Assembly (NCBI RefSeq): GCF_006345805.1
Contig: NC_043014.1
Coordinates: forward strand, 1,736,001 to 1,800,000
Direction: 5' to 3'
DNA length: 64,000 nucleotides
DNA from: Octopus sinensis
Taxonomy: Eukaryota
The notes under the pieces were generated by a model. It did no database searches and was not told the origin of the DNA. It saw nothing but the letters and a program-made list of their open reading frames with translations. Below are positions 1 to 13,000 of this stretch, in pieces; positions within the stretch are counted from its first letter, which is position 1; every line of letters starts with the position of its first letter. The position numbers and the translations under genes are program-made.

Positions 1-83
1 GCCATAACAACAAACCAAAAAAGCTGGACATGAGAGATATCTTCCATGATATATAAAAAATGATGGTTATATGTCCTTAATAA

Positions 84-316
84 GGCGGCAAGCTGGCAGA
101 AACGTTAGCACACCGGGTGAAATGCATAGCAGTATTTTGTCTGCCGCTACGTTCTGAGTTCAAATGCTGCTGAGGTCGACTTTACCTTTCATTCTTTCGG
201 GGTCGATTAAATAAGTACCAGTTACACACTGGGGTCGATATAATCAACTTAATCCGTTTGTCTGTCCTTGTTTGTCCTCTCTGTGTTTTGCCCCTTGTGG
301 GTAGTAAAGAAATAGG
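84..316 (+). mobile_element. SINE family B (GGCGGCGAGCTGGCAGAA head); other copies ~2318-2551, 9306-9541, 28597-28815, 37744-37978 (+) and 19570-19806, 27007-27417 (dimer), 42560-42778, 45912-46128, 56385-56612 (-)
   Basis: B-box-like GAGTTCAAAT, core GCCTTTCATCCTTTCGGGGTCGAT...GTACCAGT...ACTGGGGTCGAT; recurrent across the window. Confidence 0.9.
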
Positions 317-809
317 TTATATGGCCTTCATTCAAGAGATGACATTACGGTAGAAGATTTAGTTTAAGGAAGGGAAAGAATTCAAGCATATCCCTTTTTA
401 GGGGAAATAAAATCATATTTCTTTTTTAAGGAAATTATCTCCTATTCATTTTAAGTCTTGTTTTTCCATGCTGTAGTACTGAGGCCTCGTATTACAGCCA
501 GGTGTCCTTTCTGTTGTTTTTGAGTAAGGGATCTCTTCTTTCATTCCTCTTTGATGAGGTGAATTACCTTTGTCAGAATAATCGGATGCTGAAGGGTTAA
601 ACATGTATGTGTGCGTGTGTTTGTCAACTGTACAAACGACCTCATTTCTCCACCAGAGACGGACAACATATATATGGAAGTGGTTGCTGTTAGTTTGTCT
701 GATAACTCTGCTGTTAATCCTAGTCAGCTCCACCTAATTCCATAATTAACCCTACTATTGTCATGTACATTGCTGACCTTGTTGTTAACCCTGCTCGTCT
801 TTCAAATAG

Positions 810-890
810 GCACATCACAGATTCGGATATACAGAGCATTGAGAAAAGACTCATCCAAACCATGGACATGATTGTGATGAAGAAAAAACG
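810..890 (+). CDS. GPR89: GPR89 exon (HITDSDIQSIEKRLIQTMDMIVMKKKR)
   Basis: tag|G acceptor, CG|gtaag donor; matches the GPR89 TDTDILALERRLLQTMDMIISKKKR region. Confidence 0.93.
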
Positions 891-3800
891 GTAAGGCAGC
901 TTTTTTTTATCAAGCCAACTTTCATAACACATCATCATCATCATTGTTTAACATCCATTTTCCATGCTGGCATGGGTTGGATGGTTTGACTGAGGTCCGG
1001 AAAGCCAGCGGCAGCACCAGGCTCTAATTTGATCTGGCAATGTTTCTACAGCTGGATGCCCTTCCCAATGCCAACCACTAGCAGTTAGGCAACACTGGCA
1101 TCGACCATATTCGAATGGTGCTTTTTACCTGCCATCAGCACGGGGGAGCCAGTCAGGCGGATCTGGCAGTGACCCATGCATGAATGGTACTTATCGCATG
1201 CCACCAACACTGGTATTGGTCACAACTACAAATTCCATTTGATTGTGATTTGATTTGATTTTGATTTACTTGACTTAATAGGTCTCCTCAAGCACAGCAT
1301 GTCACCTGATGATTCAAAGGTACTTTTTAAATGGACTGGTTATGCGACACTGGTGTAGGCTACGGCTGTGATCTCACTTTACTTGCTGGGTCTTCTCAAT
1401 CACAGCACACCTCCAGAAATCTCGGTCTTTCGTCATTACTTCATAACACATATTCTAAAACCCATATTTTTAGTTGTACATTCATCTGTAGTTATTGAGA
1501 AGCCCAGTCACTGAGACAGCCGTAAGTCTCCCTGATTTCACCAAAAAGAAGGACCAGTGTTGGTTTGATGACAACACCGATGGAATCAGGTGATTCATTG
1601 ACAGAAAGTGAATGGTTCAGACATCGCATGAATATGGCCTACAATCAAAACATATGGAAAATTTGTTATCACAAATTCAGACCCCAACATCAAACCAAAC
1701 TCAGAGAAATAGGGAACTGGTGCCAACAGAAGTGTGTAGATAACTTGGAGCTGTAAATTCTAGAGATCTTCAAAACCCCTTCTATGCACATGTGCGCCCT
1801 AACAGGTCATTATTTCCACGTTGCCCTCGGTATCTCGGAATGATATCTGCTAAATAAATGGTAATTTATATGACTACAGGCTCTCAGTGTTTGTTATTCC
1901 TCCAAGACCCACACCTTTTTATATGCAAATAAATAATGTCTTAAAATACCTGTAAAGGTGATATGTATTATAATTGTTTCTCTTGGTCTCTCTTAGGATT
2001 GCGTTAGCCCACAGAGATAACCTCCGACAAGCTGCTTTGAACAAGAATCAAAGAGGTTTGTTTGGAATGTTCCGTGCCACTACATCTAAAGCTACCACCG
2101 AAAGTATCCTTTTACCAATAATAATTCTTCTTCGTCTTTTGTAAATTCGTCAGGCTGCTGGATTGGTAGACTCATTACAGCATTGGACAAAATACCTTGC
2201 TGTATTTTATCCCGGTTTCAAATCCTGCCAAGGACAGCTTTACTTCTCATTCCTCTTGGGGTTCATAGAGTATAGTAGCAGTCAAGTACTGAGGTTATTG
2301 GTATTGATTACACCCCAGCTGGCAGCTGACAGAAACGTTAGCACACCGGGCGAAATGTGTAGCCGTATTTCGTCTGCCGTTACGTTCTGAGTTCAAATTC
2401 CACCGAGGTCGACTTTGCCTTTCATCCTTTCAGGGTCGATTAAATAAGTACCAGTTACGCACTGGGGTCGATATAATCGACTTAATCCGTTTGTCTGTCC
2501 TTGTTTGTCCTCTCTGTGTTTAGCCCCTTGTGGGTAGTAAAGAAATAGGTATTGATTACACCCTTGTCTTCAGAATGCTGATCTTGTCTCTAAGTCAGTA
2601 CTTCTCAAACTTTTTAATACTCTGGTCAGATCCAAAACCTGGACTCTTCAGGGCTCCTCACCTAAAAAAGGAAAACACAAATCAATTAAAGAAAAAATTC
2701 TATTTATATAAGGAAGAGCATCAGGGGCCACTAGAAGAATGCTGGAGGGCCACATAAGGCCAATCACTGGCCTAAATTATAAACCATTACATCAAATTTA
2801 TCTCCCTTTGCAGAACCATAGCTCCAATAAACATCATATTTTACCTACATCCAGGAGTTATCATTAGACAAGCACTGCTAAGGGCTGATGACTAGAAAAT
2901 CATTCAGCCATAAAATCTTGTCTCAAAATCAATTCCCATCCAACCCATGCTAGCATGGAGAAACAGTTTGTTAAATAAACAAGGGGATGAATGATTGTCT
3001 CTTGTGAAGTGTCATGTGACCTGTTGAATCATGCTTACAATGTTGTTGTTGATGATGATGATGATGATGGTCTTTAACAATATGCCAGATGTGTCACAGT
3101 TAAAAGATGAGACTTACGCCCTTGAAGAACTTAGTCGACAGTTGTTTCTGGAATCGGTTGATTTACACAATACTCAGGTAGGATTTCAGTTTCCGGATCT
3201 TTTCGGTTTGAACGGCAGTTTTTTCTAGCGGTGTCATATGAAATTGTCACCCGTAATTATGACCCTAGTATCGATCTATTGCATTTCGATCTGTTTTAGG
3301 GTTAGGGGTGGGGGGAAGGGTATCTTTTTTTCTTCACAAATGTAAATAAACCCAATCTGTTTCTTAAACGAGGGACATATTCATATGGCACAGAATGTTT
3401 TTTTACCTCAATAGACGTCAGTGATTGGTTGAAATTGCGGAAATTGAAGAAAACAAAACAACAAATATCTTACAAACTATAGAATTTTCTCAATAAAGCC
3501 AAGAGAAAAAGATGTTTTATAAACACATTCTACCAGTATACGAAGTTTAAAAGTGTTTAGTTACGTGGAAATTATTTTTAAAAAACTGCCGTTCAAACTG
3601 AATAGATCCCAGTTTCCCATTTAAAATTCTCCATTTTTATTTTGTTTTTATCATTGTTCCAAGTGGTGTCTATATCACAAATACCAGTTATACCCTGTGG
3701 TCATTTCTAGTTGTCTTCTGTGTATAATTGAATTGCCAGTTATACAATGGCAGTTATTGGTAGTCTCGTGCTTAGAAACAACTGTTGAGTCGGTCAGCAG

Positions 3801-6800
3801 GGTTGATTTGGCGGCACCTTAAACGGGTTCCTACCACTTCCATCCAATTTTGGTTTTCTGGCAATCTATGGTTCTTAATGTCTTGCTAGAGATTCTACCA
3901 AATTTTAATTACTAGCAGTATCGGCCGGCGTTGCTTGGGTTTGTTTCGACCCTTTAGAATTGGAATTTTCGAAAAGTAAAAATTTTGCATTCTGTAGCTT
4001 GTTATTCTCTTTAAGTGAACATTTTTCTGGTTGAAATACACCGAAAAATGGCGACACAGCAGTCAAAAAATCGTAAAAAATAGGGATTTTCATAGAAAAA
4101 AAAAACCTTTTTGATGTAAATAATTTTTGGTGTTAACATGGTCCGATTTGAATTTTTTCTTCTACGGAAGGAAGAGCAAGCCTTCTTCTATCATACTCTC
4201 AATTTTGGTCAACTCACGCCACAGGGTCTCGGAGGAGATAGTGTTAGTTGAAGGCTACCAAACCTGCCATACACTGAAGACAACTTCAGCTTTATATGAA
4301 GAATGATTGTCAATAAGAGAGATTTTTGGTTTTTCTGAAGATGACATTGATAACAGCAGCGATGATGATGAAAACAACGGTGGTGATAACAAAAATCGTA
4401 ATGGTGAGGAAGGTGGTGGTGGTGGTGGTGTGGTGGTGGTGGTGGTGGTGGTGATAGAAAAGATAAAATCTGTAGTCTCTTGTCTTTTAAAATCCATATA
4501 TTTTCTTTGTAATATTTTTCAGGAACGAATCGAAGAATCCAAAACTCTGAAAGGAAAATACTTCAATTTTCTTGGATATTTTTTCTCAATTTATTGTGTT
4601 TGGAAAATTTTCATGGTAAGACATTTAAGGGTGGCCAACATGCATTGGAACCTTTTAAGCTTGCATTTATGATACCATTTGATACCAGTCATACGTAAAT
4701 GTAGCCTGGTGTGGCTCCTGGCCTTGCCAGCTCCTCTTAAACTGCTCAGTCCATACCAGCATGGAAAATGGATGTTAAATGATGATAATATATATATATA
4801 TATATTATGTGAAATAGAAAGATGAATAATCTTGTAGTAGATTAATCAAAAGTTGCGTTCAGCTCCATTTCTTCAATTCACCAATAATGTTTTATATATA
4901 TATATATGTATATGTACATGCATATATGGGTACAGGACATCAAAAATACGTAGACAAAGTGAGAAACGAGAACATAAAAAACAAAAACATAGAAAACGAA
5001 CTTTTTTCGAACAACAAAAGAAACAAACAAACAGAGAAACGAGACAAGGCCAACATAAAGAACATTCCCTTCATCAGTTGTCCCCTGTTTTATCTACTCC
5101 ACATTTCGAAGGTTTTTTTATGTTCTCGTTTCTCATTTTGTCTACGTTTTTTTTTATGTCCTGTACCCATATATGCATATATATATATATACATAAATAT
5201 GTAGGTATGTACATATATGTATGTATATATGCATATATTTATATCTTATTTATATTATTACATGATCAAATGCCACGCATCCATTTCCAAGTAAGTTTTA
5301 TATATATATATACATATAATCTCAATGCCAGTGTCCCTTGATTGACTCCCGTGCCAGTGGCACATAGAAAGCACTTACCGAATGTGTTCAATGCCTGGCC
5401 CGCCTGACTGGCTCTTTACTGGTGTCACATCTTCAAGGAGAACATTTTTCCCATATAATAACGCTCCACATTCCCTGATCTTCATCCAGCCAAGACTGGT
5501 TTGTCGTATTCTGTGGAACCATTCAGCCAATGCCAGCATGGGAAAAAAATGAACATTTAAACAATGATGATATTTCAATTTATACACTCATCTTGTGGTT
5601 TATACATTCTTTTTGAAAGATTTGTAAAAAGGTGATGTACCATATATAAATAACCACTCTCCCTGACTCTCACACACACACACGTTGTTGCTATGGTTAT
5701 TGTTGAAGTCGATAGAATATCCATGTTTGGGGCCCCCTTGTAAATACTTTTATTGTTCCTCTCTTATTTACAGTCGGCCATCAACATCATCTTTGACCGA
5801 GTGGGTAAAGTTGACCCGGTCACTCGAGGGACAGAGATTGCAGTCAACTACCTTGGAATACAATTTGATGTGAGTATTGTTGTTGTTGTTGTGACCTGAA
5901 ATATAACAACCCCCTCTTTCTCACTCACAGACAACCACTCAAATAATCGTCCTCATTGTCATTTGGTCTGGTTTGCTCAGGTGTTTTGAATCGAGAAGTC
6001 TTTCACTGATTAATAACAACCACAGTCACTGAGTCCACAGGTGTCGGCTGTAACACACTTGAGCAACTTGGCCGATCCTAGCCATGGACCCTATACAGGT
6101 TCCTCTGCCTCACATTATCACTAAGAATGCTTACCCACCATTCTAATTCCTATGGTTTAACCCATGACCCTAGGCCAGATAGCTGTTGCTTCTATGCCTT
6201 GTATAATACTATCCATCATCATCATCATCATCGTCTAATGTCCATTCTCCATGCTGGCATGGGTTGGACGGTTCGACCGGGGTCTGGGAAGCCAGAAGGC
6301 TGCACCAGGTTCCAGTCTGATCTGGCAGTGTTTCTACAGCTGGATGCCCTTCCTAACGCCAACCACTCCGAGAGTGTAGTGGGTGCTTTTTACGTGCCAC
6401 CTGCACAGGTGCCAGGCAAGGCTGGCAAGGGCCATGGTCGGATTGGTGCATTTTATGTGCCACCGGCACGGAAGCCAGTCGAGGCGGCACTGGCATCAAC
6501 CACGATTTGGATATATTTATTTGAAAGAATACAAGTGGGGTTTAGAATTTACTATAGCTGTTTCGGTAGCATTTTACTGATGTATTCAAAGATTGCATCA
6601 TATAAATCTACCATCCTCAGGTAAAATTACAAGTACATACCTCCTGTATACTACCAACAAAGGGCAATGTTTGTTTTTCCTTACTGATAACTCAATGTTA
6701 TGGTACCCAGTCATTCCTACTTGTTGATATGCCTAGATTCTAACGAATCCTGTAGCTAATCAATATCTCTTAATTAATTCACAAGATGCTGAATGGGCCA

Positions 6801-9800
6801 AGACATTAGCTCATAATACAGATTGCCCTCTTGTATTTTTTTCTCACTCTCTATACTCTGTAAGATCCGACATTGTTAAAGTCAAATTTGCCTTTCGTCT
6901 TTGTGAGGTCTATAAATAAAGTACCAGTGCTCTACTGGGGTATATTCATTTTTTTTTTTCTTCTGTCTCTCTTTATTGGAAGAAGTCAGCTGTGATAAGA
7001 CCCAGAGAGGGAATGAATCTGCCTGGTCTAAAAAAATTTTCCAAGACAGGACAGTATGTCATGACAGCACCCTTACAACTCTGCCAGGAGTTGGCAGTTT
7101 GGGGTGGGGTGGGGGGCAAGACAAGGCAGGTTTGTTTCTGTGTTCACTGCTAAACCCTATTGGCAGAAGCCTATCCATCGTTTGAGAGCCCATCAGACAG
7201 AAGTTCTCTCAATCCTAATCCTATACAACTTTCTGTAAGAATTTTGCTGGATAAATCCAGAATTTAGTGGAATTAAGTCTCAAGTGGAATTATGATAAAG
7301 TGTTTCTAGTTTATTGAATTGGTTGCCAGGGGCAACGAAACTTTTAGAAAAAATAAATAAGACACAGGAGTGGCTGTGTGGTAAGTAGCTTGCTTACCAA
7401 CCACATGGTTCTGGGTTCAGTCCCACTGCATGGCACCTTCTACTATAGCCTTGGGCCGACCAAAGCCTTGTGAGTGGATTTGGTAGACGGAAACTGAAAG
7501 AAGCCTGTCGTATATATGTATATGTATCTATATGTTTGTGTGTCTGTGTTTGTCCCCCCTAGCATTACTTGACAACCGATGCTTGTGTGTTTACATCCCT
7601 GTCACTTAGCGGTTCGGCAAAGGAGACCGATAGAATAAGTACTAGGCTTACAAAGAATAAGTCCTGGGGTCGATCTGCTCGACTAAAGGCGGTGCTCCAG
7701 TATGGCCACAGTCAAATGACTGAAACAAGTAAAAGAGAGTAAGTAAATGAGTGGAAATCGAACCGGTGTGTGTGTTAAATAATAAGGCTCTAAAGGAGAA
7801 TAACTCTCCCCAGACAATAAAATTTTTAATTTAGTTTGTTTTTAATTAGAATAAATTTCAGTTTTTATATAATATCCAAGGGAGGTAATACTGTGGTAGT
7901 GTAAAATATTTTGCCATCATTTAAAACTCAAATCCTGTTTGTTTTAAATTAAAAACATCTTTATTTGTTTTGGTTGTTTTGCCTGTTTGTGTTTATTTCT
8001 TCTTTTTTTTTCTGTTTCTTCTACTTTCTTCCCTTTTTCTGCTTCTTATTTGCTTCCTTCTTCGATAAATCAATTTAAATAAAACAAAATTTGTTCCAAA
8101 GAGAATATAGCCATAGAAAAATCACAAACTAAATTATTCTTTTTATTGTTGCTTTTGTTGTTATTCAAAAAAGGGGTGCATGGCCATGTGGTTAGTGTTG
8201 CACTCACAATCATGAGATTGTGGTTTCAATTCCTAGATCAAGTGGTGCATTGTATTCCTAAGCAAAACACTTCATTTCACGTTGCTCTGCGGTCACTTCA
8301 ACACCTGACACGTGGTACACCGTACACCTGTCCAGACACTGTCCATTTATTGGAGGGATTGAGCTACTGTGTGGCACGAATATTTGATCACTCAAAACAA
8401 ACGATTTGTGCAGGTCGGTCAGCAAAAACTGACATTGTGTGTGCTGGTGCCACATAAAAAGCACTCGGCCACTCTTCAGAGTGGTTGGTGTCAGGAAGAG
8501 CATCCACCCATAGAACCCTGCCAAATCAGACAGAAGTATGGTGCAGGCTTCTGTCCGGCCAACACCTGTCAAACCGTCCAACCCATGCCAGCAGGGAAGG
8601 AGAACATTAAACGATGATGATGATGATATCTATGGGTGTGTATGTATTGTGTCTCCTTCCTGTGACATTGCATGATAGTTATAAATGAGCATCATATAAG
8701 CAGCATCCCTTGTTTCTAGTCTTCTGTGAAACCATCTGGCCATATGGAAATATTACCTTGCTTGGAAACTTGGTGAGGCCAGCAATAGGAAGGGCATCCA
8801 GGTAAAGGAAACCGGCCTCAATAAATTCTGTCCAAGCCCTGCATCTATGGAAAAGTGGATGTTAAAGCAATAATGGGGATGGTATTCATTCGTGGCCATT
8901 TGCCAGCTCTGTCTGGCCCCCGTGTCGGTGGCACGTAAAAGCACCATCCGTTCGTGTCCGTTGCCAGCCTCGCCTGGCCCCCGTGCCGGTGACACATAAA
9001 AGCACCATCCGTTCGTGGTCGTTTGCCAGCTCTGTCTGGCCCCCGTGTCGGTGGCACGTAAAAGCACCATCCGTTCGTGGCCGTTTGCCAGCTCTGTCGG
9101 GCACCTGTGCGGGTGGCACGTAAAAAGCACCCACTACACTCACGGAGTGGTTGGCATTAGGAAGGGCATCCAGCCGTAGAAACACTGCCAGATCTGACTG
9201 GGCCTGACGAAGCCTTCCAGCTTCACAGACCCCAGTTGAACCGTCCAACCCATGCTAGCATGGAAAGCGGACCCTAAATGATGATGATGTATTATTGGTT
9301 GAGAAGGCAGCGAGCTGGCAGAATCGGTAGCACGCCAGAAGGAATGCCTAGCGGTATTTCGTCTGCTGTTACGTTCTGAGTTCAAATTCCGCCGAGGTCC
9401 ACTTTGCCTTTCATCCTTTCGGGGTCGATTAAATAAGTACCAGTTACGCACTGGGGTCGATATAATTGACTTAAGCTGTCTGTCTGTCCATGTTTGTCCC
9501 TTCTGTGTTTAGCCCCCTTGTGGGTAGTAAAGAAATAGGTATTATTGGTTGAGGAAATTCTTAACACTGCAAATGTAATTGGTGTTGTTGTTGTTGTTTG
9601 CAGGTAAAATTCTGGTCTCAGCAAATATCGTTTTGGCTCATTGGAATAATTATCATCACATCCATCAGAGGACTCCTAATCACACTCACCAGGGTAAGTT
9701 GTTGTCACGATGTGTTCAAGCCCAGCCTTTCTCTCTCTCTCTCTCTCTCACTCTCCTGTTTCACATCAGCTGAGTCAATCAGTTCAACTAATCAATAGGA

Positions 9801-10022
9801 TTCTTTATGGATGATTCATCAAATGAATGGGTTGTTTTCTCGGATGCTGTTCAGCCATTACTCACACAGACACACACACACACACATGCATAAAATGTGT
9901 GTGTATCATGGCTGGAGTGTTTGATGGCATCATTGATACTACAGAAAATATCTCTCTGGTTACTGTTATGTTGCCCCCCCTCTCTCCCTTTCTCTCTTCA
10001 TGTGTGTATATGCATGTATATG

Positions 10023-10059
<37 letters not shown>

Positions 10060-13000
10060 GGTGGCCCAAAAGTGGGTTTACAGTTATCTCATAGGCACTT
10101 AAAAATTCTTTTAAAGCATTTCATTACATTTAAATTTCTATCTTACAAACTGAAAAGGGAGCTTGACAAAATTAACTAAATTAGCATCAATTAATGGTTT
10201 CATATATTTTTATAATTAAGACCTAAACTGTTAACCCTTTCATTACTAACCCAGCTGAAACCATCCCTGGCTCTGTAGTACAAATGCCTTGTTTTCATAA
10301 GTTCTGAATTAAAATCTTCCACCAAACCTTAGTCACAATTTACATTCTTAACACTAGCTAAATGATAGCTAAGTTATTTTACTAAATTCTTTGTTATATT
10401 TAAAGTAATTGAAAGAAATTTGGAGCATCTCAAAATAAATACAGTAACGAAAGGGTTAATATATGAATGCGTAAGAGATAGTTGAATTACTGTAAACCTG
10501 CTTTTGGGCCACCCTGTCAGCATAATCTAAGGTTTTGTTTAGAGTACCCCAGATCCCCTTGTGTTTGACTTATTTTAGGGATCCTTTTTTTTACCTTCCA
10601 TTATTTTTTATTATTGATTTCACCATTTTACTTGATGTAAAACCCCAACACTATTGTATTTTGACTCCTTCTGTTCGCCCAGAATTTTGGGCCCTTGTCA
10701 CAAATAAAATAAATTACTATGATTATTGTTGTGGAGGTGCAATGGCCCAGTGGTTAGGGCAGCGGACTCGTGGTTGGTGGATTGCGGTTTCGATTCCCAG
10801 ACCGGGCGTTATGTGTGTTTATTGAGCGAAGACACCTAAAAGCTCCACAAGGCTCCGGCAGTGTGTGGTGGCGACCCCTCTTGTACTCTTTTGCCACAAC
10901 TTTCTCTCACTCTCTCTTCCTGTTTCTTGAGTAACACTGCAATGGACTGGCGTCCCATCCAGCTAGGGGGGAACACATACACCATAGAAACTTGGAAACT
11001 GGACCCATGAGATTGGCTAGGCTTGAAAAGGGCGTATAAAAAAATGAAATGATAAATGATTATTGTTAGGATGGTGGACTGACACAAGCGTTGGGTCCAC
11101 AAAAGAAAGTCAAACAAAGGATTTTGGGTACCACATACATATGACTCTAGAATACTCTGATGTACCAAATACAAGTACCTTTTTCCAATTCTTACTGTCG
11201 ACCTGTACCTGTATTCGTGGGTATATTTAACCACACCACAATGCCTTTGGGTATTTGTTCCAGCAATTTACGTTCTGAGTTCAGATCCTGCTAGTATCCA
11301 TTTTGTTTTTTCATTGTTCTGAGGGCAATTAAATAAAATACCAGTCGACTACTGGGGGGTGGGGGTGATGTGACTGATTCGCCCCCACCCCCATCCTTTA
11401 CCTCAAAATTGCTGGCCTTGTGCCGACATCAGAAACCTTTCCAAATGTGCCCTGCTGGCAGAGTTCTTAGTATACAAGACAAAATGCTTAGTAGCAATTT
11501 GTCCATTTTTGCATTCTTTCAGGATTGGTAAAATTAATACTAGTCACGTACTGGGGTTGGTGTAATTGAGTAACACTGTCTCTAAAATTTGGGGCCTTGT
11601 GCCTAGAGTAGAAAGGATTATTATTTTTGTTGTTGTTGTTATTGTTGTTCTTGCTTCTCTTGTACAGTTTTTCTATGCGATTGCCAGCAGCAAGTCTTCC
11701 AATATAATAGTCCTGTGTTTGGCTCAAATAATGGTAAGTTCGTCTTCATGTTGTCTTTATACACACCCACACATACATACCCTCACAACAGTTTTCAACT
11801 CACATTATATAGGCGCAGGAGTGGCTGTGTGGTAAGTAGCTTGCTTACCAACCACATGGTTCTGGGTTCATTCCCACTGCGTGGCACCTTGGGCAAGTGT
11901 CTTCTACTATAGCCTCGAGCTGACCAAAGCCTAGAGAGTAGATTTGGTAGACGGAAAATGAAAGAAGCCTGTCATATATATGCATATATATATATGTGTG
12001 TGTATATGTTTGTGTGTCTGTGTTTGTCACCCCACCATTGCTTGACAACCGATGCTGGTGTGTTTACATTGCCGTAACTTAGCAGTTCGGCAAAAAAGAC
12101 CGATAGAATAAGTACTAAGCTTACAAAGAATGAGCTCTGGGGTTGATTTGCTCAACTAAAGGCGGTGCTCCAGCATGGCCGCAGTCAAATGACTGAAACA
12201 AGTAAAAGAGTAAAAAGAGTAGACCCATCACACACACACACACACAACCACCACCACCACCAGCAGGCTTTTCGTCCAGTTTCTGTTTACCAAATCCACT
12301 CACAAACCCTTGTCTGCCCTGCTATTCAGTACAAGACGCTTGCTTGTCTGGTACATAATTGAACCTGAAACCATCTGTTTGGGGAACCGGATTTCTTAAC
12401 CACAAATGCGTGCTCACACCCATGTCTGTAGCAACATGAAAGAACCCTTTTCAGACCAATATGGTTTTCTGACTTGTGGCACCTGGTAGGGTTTGTTCTT
12501 TTTTTTTTGTTTTAAATTTCTTAATATCTTTGGAGACTGACTACTGTGACAGAATGTACTAACCGACAAGAGGGCACTCAAATGTCTACTAAGCTTGCTA
12601 GAAATAGCAGCAAATTCTCACTCAAATCACATCCCAACATCATACAAAAGATGTACAAAATTCACCTTAGATGATGTAGTGCTAAATAAAAGTAGTTTTG
12701 CAAAAAATGACTAAATGGTCATGGGCGGAATGTCTTTGAAGCTATATATGGACTACCATTATTCTCAATAATTTCATAATGATGTTGTATGTTTTGCTTC
12801 ATTCTAGGGAATGTATTTTGTGTCTTCAGTGCTTCTAATGAGAATGAATATGCCAGTAGAATATCGGTAAGTTCTTGGGAAAGCAGACTTTATTCTTTCC
12901 TTTTGATCCTTTGGGGTTAACTTTTCTTTGCTATGTTTGCAAATGTTGGTTCTACAAGCACGGGAACTTGCATAGGGAACTCCCAGCTGAAGCGGTTTTT

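Noticed and set aside
6127-6624. Recurrent ORFs containing [11 protein letters not shown]
   Set aside because: Antisense translation of the RTE 3' UTR repeat, not a protein family.
10733-10810. tRNA gene
   Set aside because: It is the head of a multi-copy SINE with no proper acceptor stem or terminator; the same holds for the family-A heads.
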